Assembly (NCBI GenBank): GCA_951406725.2
Contig: OX597814.1
Coordinates: 215,574,001 to 215,638,000 of the forward strand
DNA length: 64,000 nucleotides
Origin: Octopus vulgaris
Lineage: Eukaryota
Direction: 5' to 3'
Position 1 is the first letter of the stretch. The number at the start of each line of letters is the position of its first letter. Both the position numbers and the translations under genes were made by a program. A model generated the notes under the pieces. That model did not search any database. It had not been told where the DNA came from and worked only from the letters and a program-made list of their open reading frames with translations. Shown one piece after another: positions 1-12,680 of the stretch.

Positions 1-217
1 ATTTTTCTTATAAATACCAAACTTAACATTGCAGCTTTCGGTAACGTGATCAACGATACGCGTAATAATAAGAATAGTAATAGAGAGATATCTCTTCACC
101 GTCATAAACAATTACGTTCTACTTCCGTATTGAGTACTTTCCTCTTTTAGTACGTTGAAATGTATACAGAAACATAAACTTGAACACATGAACATACAAG
201 CCCTCATACTTCTGTTC

Positions 218-268
<51 letters not shown>

Positions 269-1711
269 ATGTATATATATGAACGTGTAGGGGTGAGGTC
301 GTGAAAATCTACCGATATGATACTCCCTTCGTTCTCACCTGTTCATCTGTTGGTACGCATCCAACTTCCCTGTTTGTATGTGTGTATGTGAAGGGGAACC
401 TCTTATTCTTTCACTCTATTACTCCTTCTCTTTCTCTCTCTCTATCTCTCTTTCCCTCTCTCCCTCTCTCTTCGCTTATCCTTTCTTTAATCCCATCTTC
501 ATTTCTTTTTTACATTGATTCTAGCACGATCCAAGGTCGGTATCCCTGTGTGGTGTGTGTGTCTGTGTGTGTCTGTATCTGTGTCTGTGTGTGTGCTTGT
601 GGTGTGTGTCCACCCGTCTGTGCGCTCACTTTCTTTCCCCATCATGCACTGTTTTTACTCTACTAACTCTGGCTAGCCATATACTCCCGTTTCACCGTTG
701 TCAAAGTACTTTGTGATTGTATCAATTATCTCAGTTTGAATTGCTCTTTTAAAAAGTTTAACGAATTTTCTATACCAATAACTGACCATCAGGTCTCTCC
801 CAGATGATTTCTCATTCGATAGTTTTGCAACAACCGTCAAGAGACTTCATTCCTTCTGTGTCTTTGTAATCGGTCACTGCTCGGTCGTGTAATCGTAGTT
901 AGTTGTCTCAGTTTAATTGTGATAGCAGCTTTGAAGTCATCGTTGATTACAATATTTTCAGGAGAAGAACGCACTCTCAGGAGAAGACGTCACATATGCG
1001 AGCCCTTTCTAAGCACCGCACACTTACATGTGTGATATATTTCTGCTCTTGCAGTATCAAAAAGTCCACCTTGTGGTAATTCGTTTTCAAATTTCATCAT
1101 ACTCACTCGGGAGCAAAGATCAAGCTAGGTCGAACAAGTATTAGATCTAGGAATAGTTATACAACTTGTTACAACAACTACCATACACTCAAAAACAATG
1201 GTTAAGTCAGGTTGAAGTCGTATTATGTACAGAAGTCATATTATGTATAGAAATAGCACAATGTTCGTATGTTTATACTTAAGCCAGAGTAGGTACATTT
1301 GTCGCAAAAGAACACTTTGTGACAACATCCAAGGTACACCAGTACAATATATTATGTATGGTTGTACGTATATTTTCTTTAAGATGGCGTTAAAATAATG
1401 CTGAGAATTGCTTCTTTAGTGCTAATGCGCCTTCGCGTGTATACGGTACAACTATATAAGCATGTCTCTTTCTATATATAGATCACTATAAAATAAACAA
1501 TTGTGAACAAGAGAGAGCTTTCACTGGACTTGTTTCCCATTGTATTCTTTTATGAAGCATGCGTCATTCATGCATCGTAAGAAATAATGCAGGTATTCTG
1601 TTTGAGAAAAGATTATTTGATATAACAAATACGTATGGCACTAATTCGACAAAGAATCGAAATAACTGCGCGGATTTGGCAAGAAACGGGCTTAACACAA
1701 CTCATCCTATG

Positions 1712-1880
1712 CCATACATACATATATACACATACATATATACACATACATATATACACACATATATATATACACATACTTACATACATACATACATACA
1801 TACATACACACACACATACATACATACATACATACATACATACATGCATACATACATACATACATACATACATACATACA

Positions 1881-1916
<36 letters not shown>

Positions 1917-1922
1917 TACATA
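1712..1922. repeat. (TACA)n/(TA)n compound microsatellite
   Basis: Directly visible tandem tetranucleotide repeat; explains the overlapping YIHT/MYVC ORFs. Confidence 0.95.
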
Positions 1923-1929
1923 CTTCGGA

Positions 1930-2242
1930 GCACTCTGTCGGTTACGACGACGAGGGTCCCAGCTGATACGATCAACGGAACAGCTTGCTCGTGAAATTAA
2001 CGTGCAAGTGGCTGAGCATTCCACAAACACGTGTACTCCTTAACGTAGTTCGCGAGGAGATTCAGCGTGAAACAGAGTGTGACAAGGCTGGCCCTTTTGA
2101 AATACAGACACTACCCAGCTGAGTGGACTGGAACAACGTGAAATAAAGTGTCTTGCTCAAGGACACAACGTGTCGCCGGGAATCGAAATCACAACCTAAC
2201 GATCACGAGTCGAATGCCCTAACCACTAAGCCCCGCGCCCTC
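1930..2242 (-). mobile_element. tRNA-derived SINE: CORE-like head joined to a family-C tail
   Basis: 1930-2105 matches the 3' tail of the SINEs at 22537, 31120, 39289 and 40299. 2110-2242 on the minus strand reads as a tRNA-like head with B-box-like ttcgattccc and ttgtgtccttgagcaagacac (CORE-like), shared with 12328-12410. Confidence 0.85.
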
Positions 2243-2244
2243 AC

Positions 2245-2481
2245 ACATACATACATACATACATACATACATACATACGTACATACATACATACGTACGT
2301 ACGTACGTACATACGTACATACATACATACATACATACATACATACATACATACATAAATACATACATACATACATACATACATACATACATACATACAT
2401 ACATACATACATACATACATACATACATACATACATACATACATACATACATACATACATACATACATACATACATACACA

Positions 2482-2513
<32 letters not shown>

Positions 2514-3203
2514 CATACATACATACATACATACATACATACATACATACATACATACATAAAAACATACATACATACATACATACATACATACATACAT
2601 ACATACATACATACATACATACATACATACATACATACATACATACATACATACATACATACATACATACATACATACATACATACATACATACATACAT
2701 ACATAACATACATACATACAAACATACATACATACATACATACATACATACATACATACATACATACATACATACATACATACATACATACATACATACA
2801 TACATACATACATACATACATACATACATACATACATACATACATACAAACATACATACATACATACATACATACATACATACATACATACATACATACA
2901 TACATACATACATACATACATACATACATACATACATACATACATACATACATACATACATACATACATACATACATACATACATACATACATACATACA
3001 TACAAACATACATACATACATACATACATACATACATACATACAAACATACATACATACATACATACATACATACATACAAACATACATACATACATACA
3101 AACATACATACAAACATACATACATACATACATACATACAAACATACATACATACATACATACATACATACATACATACAAACATACATACATACATACA
3201 AAC

Positions 3204-3260
<57 letters not shown>
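2245..3260. repeat. ~1 kb (TACA)n microsatellite followed by (TG)n
   Basis: Directly visible; source of the 350-417 aa artefact ORFs. Confidence 0.97.
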
Positions 3261-3263
<3 letters not shown>

Positions 3264-3502
3264 GCAAGTATGTTGATCTGAGGTCCTGTGCTGAAACAAG
3301 ATGGAAATATTTCCCCAAAAAATTTAATGACAAAACATGTATACATGTACGTACACACATACACACAACTTCGAGCAACAAAGTTTTTACACCATTATAC
3401 AAATAAATATTTAAGTGAAGTTAAGTTAACGGTCATTGTGTGTTTCTGAATGGTTAACTTGTATCTTAAACACTGCAATCAATATATCTGCCTCCGTCTC
3501 CG

Positions 3503-3569
<67 letters not shown>

Positions 3570-3778
3570 GTCACTCTTTTTCTCTTTATGTGTGTGTGTG
3601 TGTGTGTGTCGCAAATGATAGAGGCGGTAAATGGTATGTACAAGAAACTTTATTGCTTACAACCATCGTTTCGTCCCATTCTGCATCGGGTGCAATGCTA
3701 TGTTTCCCTCGGTGAGGGTAAAGAAGTGTCTCGTCATGTGAATTTATGGATGGATGTATGTATGTATGCATATGGATA

Positions 3779-3820
<42 letters not shown>

Positions 3821-3824
<4 letters not shown>

Positions 3825-3935
3825 CCTGCTCGCTTAGCCAGCGGGGTGGCGTTATTCGAAGGCTAAAAACAATGCGAACGCATTGTGACCAGCGATGTAT
3901 AGCAACATCTGATGGTCTGGTCGGTCACGTCACGT
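3821..3935 (+). mobile_element. 5'-truncated SINE 3' tail
   Basis: Reverse complement of 47030-47148, the tail of a TSD-flanked SINE. Confidence 0.8.
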
Positions 3936-4026
<91 letters not shown>

Positions 4027-4181
4027 GTATATACATCTGTGTGGATAAGTATATATATACGTATGTATGAGTATCGATACATATGTATATATATATATAA
4101 ATGTGTGTGTGAATACATTTATATGTATTTAGGTATATATACACATATATTCCTATCCAAATACATACACACACACACACG

Positions 4182-4267
<86 letters not shown>

Positions 4268-4270
<3 letters not shown>

Positions 4271-5520
4271 GGTTGGACAAAATAATGGGAACACCTAGCA
4301 TCATAGCATCATAAGTTTCAGATATCTATAAAACCGTCAAAAGCTTGTTTATTTTTATGCTTTTTCAATTATTATTATTCTTGCTTAATATGTTTTGCTA
4401 AAATTGCTGTTTCTTTGAAGATATCATCAGTAAATGGTAATTAAAAGTCATTAAAATGACAGATCTTTCGGACTTTCAAAGTGGTCAAATTGTTTGTGCT
4501 CCTATGGCAGACGCTAGCGTAACGAAAGAAAACCGAAATGTTTGGTGTATCAAGAAGTACTGTCTCGAAAGTAATGACAGCCTTTGAGAAAGAGGGAAAA
4601 GCCTCCCCGCCGAAACAAAATTCCGGAAGAAAACCAAAACTTTCAGATAGGGACCGTTGGACTCTTACACCAATTGTTAGAAAGGATCACAAAAGTACAG
4701 CTTCCAAAATGACTGCCGATCTTAATGATCACCTCGAGAACCCAGTTTCCACAACAACTGTTGGCCGGGAGCTGCGCAAAGCCGGATTTCACGGGAGGAC
4801 GCAATCAGAAAACTTCTACTTTCAAAAACAAACCTTGCAAAGCGTTTAGAATGGAGTAAAAACCTACAGAATTGGTCTCTAGAGCAGTGGGAAAATGTTA
4901 TTTTCTCGGATGAGTCATCCTTTACCTTATATCCGACCACCGATCAAATATACATGTGGAGACAGCCAAAAAAGCATTTGACTCAGGCTGCCTTCTTCCA
5001 ACTGTTAAACATGGAGGAGGATCTGTGATGATCTGGGGGGGGGGGGCTATATCTTGGAAATCTTCCGGTTTAGTGGTTTACTTTCATAGCAGAATTAATA
5101 TTCAAGACTATTTAAGCATTTTATCTCATCAAATTCATCCTTTAGTTGCGAAACAGTTTCCGGAGGGAAACGCAATCTTTCACACAGCTAAATTTGTTAC
5201 TAATGGCACGAGGAACATTCTAGAGAAGTTGAACATCCTATCTGGCCACCACAGTCCCCAGATCTCAATATTATTGAACATTTATGGTGCATTTTAGAAA
5301 AACAAGTAAGGAGCCAATATCCTCCACCATCACCCCTACAAGAACTGGAGACTGTTTTAGGTGAAGAATGGACAAAAATTCCTTTGGAAACAATTCAAAC
5401 TTTGTATGAGTCCATACTTCGAAGAATTCAAGCTGTAATTACTTCCAAAGGCAGTCCCAACCCATATTAAAATAAATTTTTTTAAAATTTCAAGGTGTTT
5501 CCATTATTTTGTCCAAAGCC
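4268..5520 (+). mobile_element. Tc1-family DNA transposon, near full length, inactive
   Basis: TIRs ggttggacaaaataatgggaacacct (4271-4296) and aggtgtttccattattttgtccaaagcc (5493-5520), with TA on both sides (4266-67, 5521-22). Encloses a frameshifted transposase. Confidence 0.95.
4456..5470 (+). pseudogene. Tc1 DDE transposase pseudogene
   Basis: MTDLSDFQSGQIV start, HTH (GVSRSTVSKV), SGRKPKL, VIFSDES, PTVKHGGGSVMIWG, WPPQSPDLNIIEHLW and a terminal PY-stop. Several frameshifts; the second catalytic Asp motif is missing (GNAIF|HTAK). Confidence 0.92.
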
Positions 5521-5522
5521 TA

Positions 5523-5724
5523 CATGTGACCTTGTGTGTACCGTTGGCGATTTTTTTTCCTCTGTCTTCCCTTCTCGGGATCTTTCCTTCTCCTATGTTT
5601 CCGACGAAGAGCTCCGCTCGAAACGTTAAACCCTCCTTCTTTCCTTCTTTCATGAGCGTCCAATAATAATATATTTGTTCCACGTCCTCGCGTTATTGTG
5701 TTTTTTGTGTTTTCTTGTTTGGAT

Positions 5725-5729
<5 letters not shown>
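5523..5729 (+). mobile_element. Penelope-like terminal (pLTR-type) fragment with a decayed minimal hammerhead
   Basis: gttt-CCGACGA-A-gagc tcc gctc-GAAAC-GTT-aaac at 5597-5631. A related tail lies inverted at 34065-34180. Ends in (TA)n. Confidence 0.55.
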
Positions 5730-5796
<67 letters not shown>

Positions 5797-6351
5797 GTGT
5801 GTGTGTATTATATATGTACATACGCATACACAACACACTAACAATATAACAGAGTATGTCCAGTCTCCTCTGTAATTATCTCTTAATTACCTCGTTAATT
5901 AAAAAATCATTATGCCAGTTGGATGCTTCAATGCGTCACACTGATGACTGATTTCATTCCAAGCTGGGAACCCTCAGTGTAGTAAAGAACTGAATATTGG
6001 ATGTTCGAATTTATAGATGAACCGGAGTCCGGCTGGGATTTGTTAAAAACGTGTGTGATGTTGGCTTGACATGTTTCTTGCAGCGTTTCTTTTTTTAACA
6101 TAGGTTTTTAAGTATTAAAATAGGTGGTTTCGCCGATAGAGATATTTTTGTCTTAAAGATATACAGGAATATCGATTTCTTGTTTTTCTTCTTCTGTTTT
6201 TTGTTTTACCCTTTTTATTTTTAGCTGGGTCAGTTTTTGTGGTGAGTATCTAAGAATGGTAATTTTCCAATGAATCGCAATAAAAAGGAAAACTGTTATC
6301 GAGGATGCAATAAAAGGGGTATAGCGGAATCGAAATACAAACGCTGGTCCA

Positions 6352-6918
<567 letters not shown>

Positions 6919-7172
6919 TACACTGGATTATATCGGACAAATGAGAGACTTGCTCAGTGTGCAGTATTAGTGATCGCATGACCAACTAAATTTCAATAAA
7001 AGTGCACACGCGCGCGCACAAATATATACGATAGGCTTCCGTACAGTCTTCAGAAATCAAATTCCGCTGACAACCCGAAAATATAGATGAATACTGTCGA
7101 AAAACGGTACTGAGGCTAGAAATATATGGTTGAAAACCAAACTCATATACATAGCCTGCCCGGCGCCAATTC

Positions 7173-7205
<33 letters not shown>

Positions 7206-7208
<3 letters not shown>

Positions 7209-7436
7209 TTCTTTATTACCCACAAGGGGCTGAACATAGAGGGGACAAACATGGACAGACATAGGTATTAAGTCGATTATATCGACCCCAGTGCTTAACT
7301 GGTACTTAATTTATCGACCCCGAAAGGATGAAAGGCAAAGTCGACCTCGGCGGAATTTGAACTCACAACGTAACGGCAGACGAAATACCGCTAAGCATTT
7401 CGCCCGACGTGCTAACGATTCTGCTAGCTCGCCGCC
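7206..7436 (-). mobile_element. tRNA-derived SINE, family A
   Basis: Reverse complement of 11821-12051 (ggcggcgagct..., gagttcaaattcc B box, gtcgactttgcctttcatcctttcggggtcgat central domain). Confidence 0.93.
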
Positions 7437-7512
7437 TTTAATAATACATACATACATACCTACATTCATACATACATACCTACATACATACATACATACA
7501 TACATACATACA

Positions 7513-7543
<31 letters not shown>

Positions 7544-7659
7544 TCATACATATATACATGTATGTGTGGGGGCAGTTTGTATGCAATCGTCTTTAGTTAG
7601 AATTAAAATGTTAACAAGATTGGTAACTTGCTAATTTTATCAAGTATATTTTTTTCTTT

Positions 7660-7846
7660 CATTTCTTCTAGTTGCTTCAGTCATTTGACTGCGGCCATGC
7701 TAGAGCACCGCCTTTAGTCGAACAAATCGACCCCAGGACGCATTCTTTGTGAACCTAGTACTTATTTTATCGGTCTCTTTTGCCAAACTGCTAGCTTACG
7801 GGGACGTTAACATGCCAACATCGGTCGTCAAGCGATGGTGGAGGAA

Positions 7847-7850
<4 letters not shown>
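7660..7850 (-). mobile_element. SINE family B, 3' half
   Basis: Matches 15640-15830 and the reverse complement of 24420-24610. Confidence 0.88.
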
Positions 7851-7910
<60 letters not shown>

Positions 7911-8041
7911 AAAATTTTTAAATTATGTCATTTTAAGGAAAGGAAAAAAATTTTTCCAAATATTCTCCAGACATTTTGACACAAATATATATATTTTTTA
8001 ACATTTAAGCCTTCTGTCGTTTTTTCACACTTTACTATTTT

Positions 8042-8103
<62 letters not shown>

Positions 8104-8116
8104 AACGTCTTTCAAT

Positions 8117-9209
8117 TACCGTCTATCAAGTCTATATTTACCATTTTAATTATTAATTTCTCTATTAACTTCTGAAAGCTGTATGATGACAGATTTATAT
8201 AAATCAACAGTCATGGAGTAAAAAAAAATTAAATTGCATCCAATTTTTCATTATCAATGGAATGTCCTAGTTTCAAAATAAATTTTAGTGGAACGTATAA
8301 GATAGCCAAATACGGTGAATACACGAAATTTTTTCTGTCAAATTGTTCAATCTTGGAAGGAGTAATTTTTTGCAGTATGGAGATGTTCATTATTATTTTG
8401 ATTCACCAAAGAACACCCTTCTTCAGTGTTCTTTGGAAAATGAAAATAAAGTACACCTCACCCGAAATTTTCAGAGTACATTTTATTCGTGACTGTTTGG
8501 TTAGTTGTCAGAAATTCGAACTGAATAACACTACCAAACACTCATATAATCCTTATTAGAGTTAAGACTTGCTTTTTCCCCTACCCTAATGGAAACCACT
8601 GTTTTTTATATTTTACACTTTTGCAAAGTGTTAAGTATGGAAAACTCCAAAAATGGAGATTGTATTTTGTTAAGCATGGAAAACTCCAAATACGGAGATT
8701 GTATTTTGTTAAGCATGGAAAACTCCAAAAACGGAGATTATATTTTGTTAAGCATGGAAAACTCCAAAAACGGAGATTATATTTTGTTAAGCATGGAAAT
8801 CTCCAAAAACGGAGGATATATTTTGAGTGAAAAGCAATGCAGCTATCGATACATTTCCCCCAATCTTAATCGATTAGTTCACGAGGAATCCATTTACCAA
8901 AATTAGAGACCATTCTGATTTTTCTAAAATTGCCATGGACAGGAGTTGACAGACGCCAAACTTCAACAGTTGTGTTGCCATTGCACTTATGTATTGCAAT
9001 CATCAATTCATCACGAAAGAAAACATTTCTTTACAAAACAATTTTGAAGCTGAAATCCAATTCACGAAATTTTTGGTATCTTTGGCACTTTCGCATATTC
9101 AAAATACTCTCACCACAAAGTTTCTATATATTTTTTCACAGCAACATTAACACAATTTCCCTTTTTGAAATAATGAAATAGGTCTTGTAAGTCGTTTGGT
9201 ATATTCCAT
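8117..9209 (-). pseudogene. Highly decayed mariner transposase, interrupted by a minisatellite
   Basis: Hand translation of the minus strand gives collinear mariner-like motifs across stops and frameshifts: QKFRELDFSF, FGKWIPREL (WVPHEL-like, 8875-8892), VIQFEFLTTNQTVT, NNEHLHTAK (HDNARPH-like), YSPYLA (YSPDLAP-like) and a terminal NGKY. Confidence 0.7.
8629..8825. repeat. 39-bp minisatellite, 5 copies
   Basis: Unit tgttaagcatggaaaactccaaaaacggagattatattt starting at 8629, 8668, 8707, 8746 and 8785. Confidence 0.95.
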
Positions 9210-9582
9210 AGCCGTGATAGGTTGCTCATATAATTACTAATTCAAGCCATCTGGTACTATGTCTATCATTAAAACTATGTATTTTCTGCAAACAGGTGTT
9301 AATGTCATGTTGAAAGCTTTGGCTTATATGAAGTGATACAAAACTGAAAAATATAATTTAGGATATTATAATACAAAAAATGTGTGTAAGCACACGCGCG
9401 AGCACACACACATATCTGTTGTGATATCTGTGGCAGAATGAGTTTAGAAAATAATGCATACCACGTCATGCGTTTTATAGTTTAGAGAGTAGAAAAGGAA
9501 ACAGTGGGGTCAGGATAAAAAGAGTGGTGATATGTTTAGAAAACTTAGCAAGGTGCCTCAATTGAAGTACCTAATTCAACGG

Positions 9583-9638
<56 letters not shown>

Positions 9639-9665
9639 AAAGAAAAACAGGATGCAAAGGATTTA

Positions 9666-9755
9666 GCGGTACATATGTTTCTGGCTTTATTGGACAATTT
9701 ATATCAATGCATAATTGATGTAACATGTATGTCAATAGCCTTCTTATCACCTACA
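9666..9755 (-). ncRNA. Decayed long-stem-II hammerhead motif (Penelope-like)
   Basis: Minus strand: ...gtgataagaa-ggct[~59-nt hairpin]agcca-GAAAC-ATAT-GTA-ccgc. The CUGANGA core is mutated. Confidence 0.45.
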
Positions 9756-10766
9756 CCACTAACTGGCATATACAGGTGCTTACAGTTATCAAGTATTCAC
9801 CCTGAACTTTTTTGTACCTCTTTTATATATATATATAAATATGAAAACTAATTTCTGTGTGTCAGTGCGTCACACTTTGACCCCGCGCTCTCTCACTATT
9901 CAATAACACTTCCTCATGCTGGGGTGAGAGTCATAGTAGGCATAGCGACGGTGAGGGCGGTGGCGAAGACAGATAGAGAGAGAAATAAATAAAAAGGGAG
10001 GGAGATAAAGAGAGAGAGAGACAAAGAAATTTAGGGAGAGTAGATGATGTTTTATAAAAATTAGTAGTGCTGATGGTGGCAATGAAAATAAAAATAAAAG
10101 AGAGAGAATAGGTATGTGAGAAAAAAAGGGAGATGATATACAAGAAATATGGACAGAAATTCCGGTGGCCAGCATACTGAACCAACTGCTGAACACGATC
10201 GTTTTTGTTTTACTGTTTTGCTTTCTTTAATACATACATACACATATATGTATTTGTGTGTGTGTGCGTGTGTATGTGTGTACACATATACATATACATA
10301 CACAAACACACACACAAACACACACTCACACACTTATATATATAAAATACACTTTAATGAAATACAGTTTTCCCACAATTAAACATATCTAATATAACAA
10401 TTGTGAATGTCAGTTTGTCAATGTATCAAACTTTTTCAACTTTATTCCAAGAGGTCGTAGCCCAACATATCATACCGTTGTGGAATCAGGCTGATTTACT
10501 CCGTGAGTAAATTTAAAACATTCCGGGTCGAATCCAGAACTGCAATCCTGAAATTTTGGATTCCTATGTTTTCCTTGCTGCAATTGTTTTCGGCGATTTC
10601 TTTTAACCATGAATATGTTCATCATTGGGATATGACTCTGGAGAAGCCATTGCAACAAATTCTCCAAAACAAGTCAGAGATCTATTTGTAGATCTCTCCA
10701 TTCCGGGTCAGTTACTTAAAAGCTACTTACTAGCTTAAAAGCTGCCCTTGCCCGGCTCTTAAGCTA

Positions 10767-10836
<70 letters not shown>

Positions 10837-11140
10837 ATATATATATATATATAAACAGAGTAGATGAAACCATAGCGACTGAAGAAGGGTTCGTTCTTTG
10901 TGTTAATTGTCCTGTACTCCATTTTTTTGTTGTTTTAAAAAAATGTCCAGTTCCTTTGGTTTGTGTCTATGTTTTCGTTTCTCTTTGTGTTCGACGTCCC
11001 TTTGGTGTCCTGTACTCATATATGCGTGTATATGTACATGTAGAGGTAGGTACGTACATATGTGTTTATATATATGCATATGTTTTATTTCATTTATTAA
11101 TATATATATATATACATACATACATACATACATACATACA

Positions 11141-11208
<68 letters not shown>

Positions 11209-11820
11209 GAATGTAAAATTATAGGAAAGTAAAAATAAAAGATGTAAATAAATAAATTATATGTGTGTGTGTGTATCTGCAGGGAAATTTTGCAGCTAAA
11301 ATTTGCCCTGTTTACAATTATGCCATATGTTACATATTTATTATATTATACCTTGATACCGTGTGGACTCCCCATTGACAGGCAGCTAGTATTTATGATT
11401 TATAGTGTTAAACACTTTCGGAATGCAAATTAAGAACTCTTTCATAGAGTAACTGCTGCATTTGTTGAGTATATAAACAGTTTGGCTGCTTGTTTCTCTG
11501 GAGACTGTCAGAATGATTTAGACGCCTCTGATGTCAACCCAATAGTGTTCGAAAATCGATTGAGGTTGTTCATTTTTCAGTCTGCGGAGCAATAGCTAAA
11601 ATTTTCCCCGTTCATTTTCCCTGTGACTGAAAAACGTAGAAGTATAAAGTGGAAAACAATAGTTAAGGAAATGTAAATTGAAAATAAATTTAATATTGGG
11701 AGCAAAGATCTAACGCTTCGGGTACTGCACATTCATCAATAGATTAATAGATGCAAGAGTAAGAAAAAATACAATGTCGAATTGAAGACGTCTGTTTATA
11801 TGAAGGTATTAATACATTAA

Positions 11821-12051
11821 GGCGGCGAGCTGGCAGAAACGTTAGCACGCCGGGCGAAATGCTTTGTGGTATTTCGTCCGCCGCTGCATTCTGAGTTCAA
11901 ATTCTGCCGAGGTCGACTTTGCCTTTCATCCTTTCGGGGTCGATTAAATAAGTACCAGTTACGCACTGGGGTCGATATAATCGACTTAATCCGTTTGTCT
12001 GTCCTTTTTTGTCCTCTCTGTGTTTAGCCCCTTGTGGGTAGTAAAGAAATA
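11821..12051 (+). mobile_element. tRNA-derived SINE, family A, full length with TSD
   Basis: A/B-box head, central domain and tail; 14-bp direct repeat aggtattaatacat at 11804-11817 and 12051-12064. Confidence 0.95.
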
Positions 12052-12258
12052 GGTATTAATACATGTGTGTATACAGATGTGTGCATATATATGTGTGTGC
12101 TTGTGTGTCTGTGATATTCTTGAGCAAACAATCGAAAAGACCGCTCTTCACATAAGAACTCAATATATAATTCTGTAATAACATGGAGTCAATCGGCTTG
12201 ATGCAAGTTTCTAATCTCACACACATATATAAACACATATAATGTATATCCTAACACT

Positions 12259-12293
<35 letters not shown>

Positions 12294-12327
12294 GTGTAGG
12301 TGTGGGTGTGGGTGTGTATGCATTAGT

Positions 12328-12600
12328 GAGTTCGATTCCAGGACCGAGCTGTGTGTTGTGTTCTTGAGCAAGACACTTTATTTCACGTTGCTCCAGTTCA
12401 CTCAGTTGTAGAAATGAGCCGCGACGTCACAGGTACCAAGCTGTATCGACCTTTGCCTTTCCTTTGGATAACATCGGTGGCGTGGAGAGGGGAGGCCGGT
12501 ATGCATGGGCGACTGCTGGTCTTCCATAAAACAACCTTGCCCAGATTTTACCCTTGGAGGGTAACTTTCTAAGTACAATCCCATGGTCATTCATAACGAA
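12328..12600 (+). mobile_element. CORE-type SINE with a distinct tail, 5' truncated
   Basis: gagttcgattcc B box followed by ttgtgttcttgagcaagacactttatttcacgttgctccagttcactcag, shared with the head of the 1930-2242 element; the tail differs. Confidence 0.75.
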
Positions 12601-12628
12601 GTGTAGGGCGGTCTAATATGTATGTATG

Positions 12629-12680
<52 letters not shown>

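Noticed and set aside
780-1100. Possible mariner N-terminal remnant on the minus strand (NDDFKAAI)
   Set aside because: Too little collinear similarity.
2153-3406. 350-417 aa ORFs on both strands
   Set aside because: Translations of (TACA)n with no complexity. The same applies to the many YI, CV, HT, LS and poly-I ORFs across the window.
5935-5985. CTGATGA with a nearby hairpin as a hammerhead
   Set aside because: No GAAA or cleavage triplet at a compatible position.
8589-8906. Repeat-protein ORF or CRISPR-like array
   Set aside because: Head-to-tail 39-bp units without spacers, in eukaryotic DNA with no cas genes.
10400-10690. Possible Tc1/mariner remnant on the minus strand (GMICWA)
   Set aside because: Only one weak motif; not supportable by eye.
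10875-11020. CTGAAGA at the start of a PLE-tail-like segment
   Set aside because: No GAAAC half or closing stems found.
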